A stretch of DNA of 64,000 nt from Schmidtea polychroa (Eukaryota), in NCBI GenBank assembly GCA_044892525.1, contig CM097886.1, forward strand, positions 40,052,001-40,116,000, given 5' to 3'. A program made the translations under genes and the position numbers. Under the pieces are notes generated by a model. It did no database searches. It had not been told where the DNA came from and was given only the letters and a program-made list of their open reading frames with translations. Below, one piece after another: positions 56,043 through 64,000 of this stretch. Numbering within the stretch: position 1 is the first letter of the stretch; each line of letters begins with the position of its first letter.

Positions 56043-56414
56043 ATGTCAAACTCCAGAGAATCAAGTGAAGTGGAACAATGTGAAACAACGGATGAGCGCC
56101 TCCTATCCAGGCACATCTGGCACCACATACACCGGTGGAGCCAGGGTCGAGATCTAGACTGCTCAAACCGAGTGATTCGAGCAGGCCCCGAGGCGGACGC
56201 ACCGGTATGGGTAAAGACCGAGCCGGACAATAATTGGCTCGTCGAGGCCAGAGATCGCACCATGGATGCCATCGCTCTAGCTCAACGCGAACTCCGCCTG
56301 ATCGAGGCTCGACTCCGTGCCGTCGAAACCGGTCAGCCGTTAGAAGAAGTGGACGTGGGGCCGACACCGGCGAGGAAACGGGGCCGACCCCGCAAGAATG
56401 CTTCCCGAAACTGA
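56043..56414 (+). CDS. LTR-encoded 123-aa protein with C-terminal AT-hook
   Basis: ATG-initiated and GC-rich relative to the flanks. RKRGRPRK at 56373-56396 follows a short amphipathic helix (LAQRELRLIEARLRAVE); AATAAA downstream at about 56486. Confidence 0.6.
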   Translation: MSNSRESSEVEQCETTDERLLSRHIWHHIHRWSQGRDLDCSNRVIRAGPEADAPVWVKTEPDNNWLVEARDRTMDAIALAQRELRLIEARLRAVETGQPLEEVDVGPTPARKRGRPRKNASRN

Positions 56415-56681
56415 GACTTCAGTGATCTTGGGGACGATCTCACATTTTATTTTGATTTTAGTGATTCGTCACAATCTTGGTTTAATAAACGTATTGTTTT
56501 TTTTCTTGATTCGATGTGTCGTTCTAAGCGTTGTTACTTTAATAAATTGCATTATATAATAATCGAGACGTTATCATCCTGACCATCCACCCGACGGAAA
56601 TTTATATACACATAGGGGCACCCGAGTTTCGATTATTAGAGACCGGCAATTTTGAGGAGATAAAATTACGGTAAAAATCGG

Positions 56682-57176
56682 TTGATTGTATATTTTACTT
56701 CAGTGTACAAACTGTTCGAGGGACTCCGGAAGGACAGGGAGCAGGCGCAGCAGCAAGTAGAGCGGCTGCAACTTAGCGTCAATCAGTTCAAAGAGCGCTG
56801 TCGGAGGATGGAACAGAGTTGGATCCGCCCTGAGGTGGCCCATAAGTACTTGAGGCAGATCGAACAACTACAGCTCCAGAGCACTCAAGACAAAACCGAG
56901 ATACGGGCCCTAAAGTTACAGATGCGGGCCATGGAGACAAAATTGAACCAACGGGCCATCGATGAGCACGTCACGGCAGCGATCCGGCCCATGGCTATAG
57001 AACTGGCCGAAATGCACCCACCCAAACCCAAGGCCAAGCGAAAACGGTTAGGCCGAGATGGTCGGGATCGACTCAAACGGCTACGGCTAGCCGAACAAAA
57101 ACTAGAAGAAGAGGCAAGGAAGTCAGCGCTACTTGACGGTTCATGTGCAGGACCGATGGATGTAAATAAAGTGTAA
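56682..57176 (+). CDS. LTR-encoded coiled-coil protein with basic NLS-like segment (probably a spliced exon)
   Basis: 164-codon GC-rich frame with heptad-like E/Q/L/R runs and PKPKAKRKRLGR. Acceptor TTTTACTTCAG at 56693-56703; first in-frame ATG at 56808; AATAAA overlaps the 3' end. Confidence 0.6.
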   Translation: MIVYFTSVYKLFEGLRKDREQAQQQVERLQLSVNQFKERCRRMEQSWIRPEVAHKYLRQIEQLQLQSTQDKTEIRALKLQMRAMETKLNQRAIDEHVTAAIRPMAIELAEMHPPKPKAKRKRLGRDGRDRLKRLRLAEQKLEEEARKSALLDGSCAGPMDVNKV

Positions 57177-57497
57177 ATAGTTGAAGTTGAATTTCTGTAT
57201 GCCGAATGATGAAGATGAGTGATATGTGCGTGGTGTTTTTGGGAAAACTATAGAGGTAGGGGACCAATGAAATCGGACACAAATCTTCTAACGATAGTCC
57301 GTGGACCCAAGGAGTGCTTGACAATTATAGTGCAAGTGGTGCACTCACTTTTTGCGAACACTCCCCCAGTTGACACAGTACCAACGGTGATCGTTCATCG
57401 GGTGTCAATTGGCAAAATCAAGCTTGTATTCTGGGTTACGCTGGAAACAGCACGAAAGAGTGAAATGTCTAACCACCTGTAACCCACCATACAAATT

Positions 57498-57515
57498 TGG
57501 GGGCTCAGCCGGGAT
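57498..57515 (+). other. Primer-binding site complementary to the tRNA-Pro 3' end
   Basis: TGGGGGCTCAGCCGGGAT is 16 of 18 identical to the classical tRNA-Pro PBS TGGGGGCTCGTCCGGGAT and lies just after a CA dinucleotide. Confidence 0.9.
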
Positions 57516-58162
57516 TGTTGAAAATCTTTTTGGTGAAAGAACCGTGAAAATATATTATTGGGAAGCACAAAAATTGATATAACAAGTGAGAAGTCTATTG
57601 TTTTCCCAAATACATAAATCTTATATATAGATATTAGTATGATGAAAATGAATGTTGAATTGTGGGTGATGAATGAAAGTTTTGTTGTAAATATAAGAAG
57701 ATAACGAAATTAAGTACTGGAGTATTGTATGAATAACTGAAATCGAAATAGCGATAAATAAAAAATAAAAACAAAAATACAAAAATTGCAAACATCAACG
57801 ATTGGAAAATGTAAATAAATGAAATAGTAAAATTTAAATAGGAAAAAAGGGGGGACAAGCACGCGAACAAATTGGAAATAAATGAACAAATGTAATCGAA
57901 CTTAATCGAGAAACGCGAGAAAAATGGGATAAACGGGATATGGATTATATATAATAAAATGAATATAATAAATAACTAAAATCATGGACAAGAGCTTCGC
58001 GCAGAAAGACAAATCAAGGGAAACAGGCGCGGATAAGGATGATATTTTCTGAATAGAATTCAAAAATAAATTACTTAAAACTGAAAGGGATAATAGGGGA
58101 ACTAATAAATGGGGAAAATAATGAGGGTTTTAACAAATTTTAAATTAACAAATTGTAATTAG

Positions 58163-58645
58163 ATGGAATTAACCGGCTACATTGTAAAGAAACTTGAGAA
58201 CTTCGTTAATCTGACAAACAATTCGCTACAACGATTAAATCGAAAAGCAGACCAGTTACTAAAAATCCACGACGAACTGAGCTTGAAACCAAGACCACAA
58301 GCTGAGGAAGTATGCGTAATGATGAGAATAGCAACACCCAACGCGGAACTGAGTACTAAAAGAGTTTATCAAATCCAAAATTTACGATTGGATAATGCCA
58401 AGTTTAACATCAAATGGCAGGAGATAATGATAAAAATGGAAACGATTGAAGAGGAAATTAGAGAAGCAATTGAACGCCAAGTTAAAGACTTCAGAAAATG
58501 CTTTATATGTAGAATCAACGAAATACGGGTAATGATGATACCCTGTGGTCATTTATGTTACTGCGAAGGGTGCGCAGAAAAAGTAAAACGATGTAATGCA
58601 TGTGATACAAACGTTAGAGAAAGAGTTGTAATATACCTCCCATAA
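58163..58645 (+). CDS. Retroelement-encoded coiled-coil plus IAP/MDM2-type C3HC4 RING protein (160 aa, no BIR)
   Basis: Intact ATG-to-TAA, intronless. CFICRINEIRVMMIPCGHLCYCEGCAEKVKRCNACDTNVRERVVIYLP; AATAAA at about 58704. Confidence 0.88.
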   Translation: MELTGYIVKKLENFVNLTNNSLQRLNRKADQLLKIHDELSLKPRPQAEEVCVMMRIATPNAELSTKRVYQIQNLRLDNAKFNIKWQEIMIKMETIEEEIREAIERQVKDFRKCFICRINEIRVMMIPCGHLCYCEGCAEKVKRCNACDTNVRERVVIYLP

Positions 58646-59389
58646 GGAGATGTGGTCGAATAAATGATAAAGAAGTGAATTGTAAATGAGTACGAATGAT
58701 AAAATAAATATTAAATTATATTAAAATCCATTATAGCAACCGAAAGGTATAAAACATACGATGAACATAGACATATAAAGGACACAAAAGACGTTAAATA
58801 AATAGACAAGCAACACAGCATTTAGAACAACAAAAATCAAAATTGGATGTGAGACGGATCATAGTCGTATAGATGGGCTGATCTATAAGATCAATACGAT
58901 TTCCATTTCCAAAATTTTTCCTTTTCTTCCTTGTTATTATTTTTGGCATAGAGATACGATAATGAGGGGATGACAAGTGAACCGTCCTTACGACACTTGC
59001 CCGGATGGGGAAATCCTGATCACTCCGATGAGAGAATGTAGTAGGATCCATCGCAAATGTTGGGGAGTTTCTGTCGAGTGACTGATCACCACTTGTGGGA
59101 GAGGAACCAACGCGATTATTATATTTTTTTGTCTGGGAGACGGGGATTGACTAAAAGGGTAAATAAAAATAGAAAAACAAAATAAAAATTGAAAAATGCG
59201 CGCTAAAACGTTAAAAATTTAATCCGAGAGCAGCTGCGGATTTGAAGAAACCGTTTTTGGACTTCAAATCGAATGAAGAGTATTGATTTTTCCCTAGCGA
59301 GTGATGAGGCACCCGAGTACAGCGGCTAACCACCGGACTGTAGTGTCCAGGAGATTATCAGCCAAGGGACTGATGATGCTGGATCACCC

Positions 59390-60410
59390 AATACAAAAAC
59401 CCGGATACCACACCGAGTATTGGGCGCACTTCTTTGAGATGCTAGCGGGACTTGATACAAAAACCCGGAATGGTAATGGGCGAGAGAGACCTAGTTACCC
59501 ACACCGAGTATTAAGGAGCCCAGTGAAACGGTTGTGAGATGCGAGTCAGCCGGTAAAGGACTCGTACTCAATAGGCAACCAAGATTGGACCAGTTGTGAG
59601 GCGGAGGACCAAAAGTCAACTGCATATCCAATTTCCTTTTATCTTCACTAGTCGGGAGATCTGGTCCATCACTTTTGAGAATCAAGATCAAGGCGATTAG
59701 GTATTTCCGTGTTTTTTAAATCCTCACAAATAGGATGTTTTTTCTTCGTGATTATTGCTAGCAGGGGTCGGTACAAAACCCGGATGCCCACACCGAGTAC
59801 CGATAGGCCCAGTGAAACGGCGATGAGACTAGAGTTACCGGTATTAGACTCTTTTCAATAAGCGGCCAAGAATTGAGCCAGTTGTGAGGCCTCAGCAGAT
59901 TAGGAATCTGAGTAGGAGGAGCCTTAAATTTTTAATTAGTCCGAAAGCCAACTGTCAACTCAATTTAATCGCGGTAGGGACGATAGTAGGTGTAAAAACC
60001 GAAGGCGTCGAGGGGTTGAAGAAACCTCATTTAGGGCATTTGAAACCGGTCAGGGACCGAAGACCGCGAATATGGCGTAATGGTGTAAAAGCCCAGGCGT
60101 CGAGGAGTCATAAAAGACTTCAGATTATGATTAAACCGGCCGGAAGCCGATGCCGACGTGGAGGTCTAACAAACCAAAGCGTTGATGGGTAATAATGGAT
60201 TATATGGCGTAACGGTGTAAAAGCCCAGGCGTCGAGGAGTTGTAAAAGACTTCATGAGATTAAAATGAGTTGATTAAACCGGCCAGGGAGCCGATGGTAA
60301 TTGAGTAAAATGATTTAAATGAAATAGGAGATTGAACCGGTCAGGGAGTCGATGGTAAATAAATGTAGATGCAGAGGTCACGCGAACCAAAGCATCGATG
60401 ATTAAATATG
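59390..60410 (+). repeat. Two families of GC-richer direct repeats in the retroelement leader
   Basis: Family A: CACACCGAGTA...GCCCAGTGAAACGG...CCAGTTGTGAGGC at about 59500-59630 and 59790-59960. Family B: GGTGTAAAAGCCCAGGCGTCGAGGAG...AAACCGGCCAGGGAGCCGATG, 3-4 copies at about 59985-60410. Confidence 0.8.
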
Positions 60411-61002
60411 AAATTGAATGAATCGAAATAGATTAAGTGCGTTAAATATATAATGAGTAAAGGAAAATTATGATAAAGCGCCGGCGCAAGTGAAAATGAA
60501 ACCAGTTTTTGGAGGGGAAAAGCGAACGAATAGATATTAGTTGAGTTACTGAATTTATTTATTAATGATATGTTTACTTTGATATTTTTATAATTGATAT
60601 TATATTTATTTGATGATTATAAAAGGGATAGATAATTGATGCGACTATATAGATAATTGATATGAGTTATAGATAATTTAAAATCGACTTAAAATCAAAT
60701 GGGATGAATGACGAGAAGTGTAGGAAAGCTAGAAAATTAGGAGCCAAGGAACAGTAAAATAAAGGGAAAATGGAAAGTAAATGAAGGGTTAATAAAGAGA
60801 ATTTATGATATGTACTAGAAGTGTTAATTATTTTAGAATAAAGAAAACAATTCAGAAAGAAATCAAAGAAATCAAGAAAACAATAGAAATCAAGCGAGAT
60901 AGAGAAAGCAATCAAAAGCGAAGAATCAAGGAAATCAATAAAACCAAATCCAAGAGGAATTAGAGAATTGTAAAGATTAAAGAAAAGTGAAATAATAATT
61001 AA

Positions 61003-64000
61003 AAACATCAGAGCTCGATCAACGAAGTAGAAAATTTATCAATATTGAAAAGAGGAAAAATTGAGAGTATAGCTAGCCGAACGAGACAAAAAAGTAAAGG
61101 AAACCTCAGTTTATTAGAAAAAGAGGAGATACAAAGAGCCAAGAAAAACAGAAAACTATACAAGAAACCGGAATCGGTGGAAACAGTATTTGAATCAGAA
61201 AGTTTAACTAACGAATTTGAGAACAGCGACGATCCTAAACGAACCGAATTAGATCCAATAAGCGACGTCGAATCAACTGACGAAGAGGAAAATATATCCG
61301 AGACAACAGAGATAACCGTACTGTGCCAAGAGATAATGTCGGACGGAAACCTAAATGAACCAGGGGTATTTAGAGATAAATTTCGAGGAGAGCCATTCGA
61401 TGGAAATATAAACCAGTTGGAAACGTTTATAAAAGAATTCGAAGTATATATTACGATATGCCGCTGGCCAGATCTGACCGTACGAGAACGAATACCCCTA
61501 TATCTAAAGGGAATCGCCCAAGATGTATATTTGGAGACGAAATGCGATGCAACAAAATTGAGAACGTGGAAAGAGATCAAAGAGTTTCTAATAAAAACAT
61601 TCGGTACCGAAAAGGAAGGAAATCGGAAAATGTTAGACTTTCTACATCGAAAGCAGAAATATAGTGAATCCAATGCACTGTACGCATGTGAATTGAGACG
61701 ACTAGCAAGAGAAGCCTTCGATTCAAATCAACCAGTTCCGGAAGACAAGATAATAGCCGTATTCATAGATGGTATGAAACGGGAGGATATACGAGCAACC
61801 TTGGGATGTCGAGCACCAGAGACGCTGGAAGAAGCACTAAAAATAGCTAACAAGTGTGAAACCTACTTAACACCAATACAAGTAGCAGCAATGACAGCAG
61901 CTCCAGCAGCTCCAGCAGCAACAGCAACAACCACAAACAATCAAATCAATAATGAAAATCCAGTAATGAATCAATTCATCCCAGGATCGCAACAGTTGTT
62001 CAAAGCTCCACAAACAAGAAACCAAGACAATGGAGGTAATGTTCAAAGTTTTACTAATAATTTCAGGAACAACGACATTAACAATCGAACGTGCAACATA
62101 TGCCAACGACCAGGGCATTGGAGCAATGAATGTTATAGAGCAAGGATGTGTCAAAAGTGTGGGAGAAGAGGCCACACGGAAAATGTCTGCAGAGGACCCA
62201 TGATGTCTATGGGCAGAGGAGGAAGCAGAACCTGCTACAATTGCAATCAACCTGGACACATGGCAAGAGAATGTACGATGAGAACCAAACCAAATCAACC
62301 AGGATCAAACAATCCAAGTCAGAACACACAAATTAACCTCATGCAGGAAATCGAACAATTAAAAGATATGATCCAGCGAATACCGACTAATAACCAACAA
62401 CAACGAATCAACATGATGCAGAGCAACGAGGAAATCCGGAAGCAACCAAGTAAGCAACAACAAGATCAACAACGGATCGAATGGCAAAGATTACAAAACG
62501 AGGAAGCCAGAGAAATTCAAGAAAGATGGAAACAACGGGAAGCGAATCCCGGAAGAATAAATATGATGAGATTAACAAATAAAGAGGAATCGCACACTGC
62601 GGAGCAGTGTGTTAACAACGACGGGAGTGAACCGATAATAAACAAGGAGATAAAAACGACAAAAGAAAATGAGATTGATCCACAGACAGAATTGAGCAGT
62701 GAAGAGAAAATACAATTGATTAAAGAATTTACCAAAGAGGAGAAAGAAAGGAGACAAAAGAGAGATGAGAGTAAAGACGAACCAAAAAGCAATGAGATAG
62801 TTACAAAAAATCGAATTCAGAGGGTACTACTACAAAAAATCGAAGACAGAATCAAAAACGAAAACCCTACATTAACTAAGGAACAAATTAAAGAAAAAGT
62901 GAAAGAGCATTGGTTCAGGAAAAATGAGTGGTTCGAAAAGAAAGAACCACATACCAAAGCTAAAATAAACATGTTGAGACAAATGCGGAGTGATCAGACG
63001 GATCAAGAAGATGAGAAAAGTGAGGTGAGTAGCCTGGGAGGCGAATTATTTCAGTCAAGCGAGGAAAATAACGAACCAAAGACACCTCCAAACAGTGAAA
63101 CACCTCAAAGTAGTGATGAGAGTGAAAATGATGACATGAAATCAATGATAGAAAAAGATGATGAGGAGATATTTGAGAAAATTTTCGACACAGTAACAGA
63201 AATAGAGCGGAATGAGAGCTACATCAACGAGCTAACATATAGAAAATGCGTAAAACTTATAACTCAAGTATACCAGTGTGAAGGAGGTATAATAACGGCA
63301 GCATGGAAAGATTTAGCAACAAAATATAAAGAGAAACTAAAGGAAGCAGGCCCAGATCAATATCAGGTAAGTATTCAACACCCCGAGATTCAGATACAGA
63401 CTATTGAATTAAAAGGAACAAATACCGATGAACTGTACAACTGGGTACAGGAAAAAATGGGAACGAGCCATAAAAATAAACAATTATATGTCGATGGTTA
63501 CAAAGTTAAAATGGGCATACATTTGGTAGATGCGATGATATGGCCAAACGAAACTAACATCTTAACCTTAGAGAAAACCGGAGATGACGAATCGGTAGCA
63601 GAAATGTTCAAGAAAATTCAACAAGTATTTAACAATGAAGTGGAACCGGAATTGGAAAAGATCGAACGAAAAATAATGAAAGAAAATCAAATAATCTTAG
63701 TCAAGCAAGCTATCGATCAGGCAAGGAAATACATTAATAGACTGAGAGAAAGATGGCCACAACTAATGAAACAATTTGTCAAAGACGTACGAGACACGGA
63801 AATTATGAGATTCGAAGATGAACGAGCGACAGAATTGATATCCAAATACGGAGAATACGAGAGAACCAAACGCGAACAAGAAACGATAAAAATAAAGGTG
63901 AAGTTGCCAAATGAAGAGAAACAAATAATAGAAGTTAATCCCGATTGCCAAGTTGACGAGTTAGTGCAAATCATAGATCAAGAAATCATCCAAAAAGCTC
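61003..64000 (+). CDS. gag: Gag polyprotein, open to the window end (about 999 codons): Ty3/Gypsy capsid, 3 CCHC zinc knuckles, long acidic/coiled extension, two ubiquitin-like domains
   Basis: Absent from the ORF track because it has no stop in the window. I translated frame 61003 onward without stops; first ATG at 61336. Capsid FDGNINQLETFIKEFE...LYLKGIAQDVY...TWKEIKEFLIKTF...PETLEEALKIA. Knuckles CNICQRPGHWSNEC, CQKCGRRGHTENVC, CYNCNQPGHMAREC (62092-62274). Confidence 0.9.

Larger units (their letters stand above)
51689..57493 (+). repeat. Putative 5' LTR, about 5.8 kb
   Basis: TG...CA termini (TGTTGGG ... CCCACCATACA), 4 nt before the PBS. Both ends share sequence blocks with the two ends of the shorter LTR at 44959-43331. 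The 3' LTR is not available to confirm; nested inserts are possible. Confidence 0.65.
51689..64000 (+). mobile_element. Giant Ty3/Gypsy-like LTR retrotransposon, 5' portion (continues beyond window)
   Basis: TG start interrupting a repeat, CA at 57493, tRNA-Pro PBS, long leader, and a Ty3/Gypsy-type Gag capsid with CCHC knuckles. pol is not in the window, so the superfamily rests on Gag only. Confidence 0.85.

Noticed and set aside
55057-57493. Alternative shorter LTR starting at TGTATGGT (8-bp inverse of the ACCATACA end)
   Set aside because: The candidate start lies in mid-sequence with no junction signature, and homology to both ends of the 44959-43331 LTR favours 51689. Not fully excluded without the 3' LTR.
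59360-59535. Hammerhead ribozyme (CTGATGA ... GAAAC)
   Set aside because: Stem II cannot close next to the core (U-U and G-G at the first positions), and the motifs are about 150 nt apart.
60071-60260. tRNA-like A-box TGGCGTAATGG in leader repeats
   Set aside because: No B-box (GTTCRA) and no cloverleaf could be formed.
61008-63974. Minus-strand ORFs (for example 61008-61673, 61867-62298, 62517-62792)
   Set aside because: Shadow frames of the A-rich gag sense ORF, with F/L/S-rich low-complexity translations.

Overview
Very AT-rich invertebrate (animal) nuclear DNA from a gapped draft assembly, with eight N-runs; the taxon cannot be determined from the sequence. Four apparently intact spliced host genes could be reconstructed exon by exon: TRUB2 (minus, 10509-13810), a LIN-66/Egalitarian-like winged-helix plus cold-shock RNA-binding gene (plus, 17533-27991, with an 8.5-kb TE-filled intron), cathepsin L (minus, 31720-32848) and the La autoantigen SSB (minus, 39239-40474). 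Between them lie AMDHD2 and actin pseudogenes and many transposon remnants (mariner, piggyBac, hAT/Buster, Penelope, LTR pieces). The last 19 kb are the unusual part. A modular foldback-like element (about 44960-51688) carries a BIR-less IAP-type RING gene behind a cluster of AP-1 and nuclear-receptor motifs. It is interrupted at 51689 by a giant Ty3/Gypsy-like LTR retrotransposon that runs off the window. That element has a probable 5.8-kb LTR containing GC-rich AT-hook and coiled-coil ORFs, a tRNA-Pro primer-binding site, a second IAP-type RING ORF in a 3.5-kb leader, and an open Gag frame of about 1000 codons with three CCHC knuckles followed by two ubiquitin-like domains. All domain calls are by-eye motif recognition; no searches were run.
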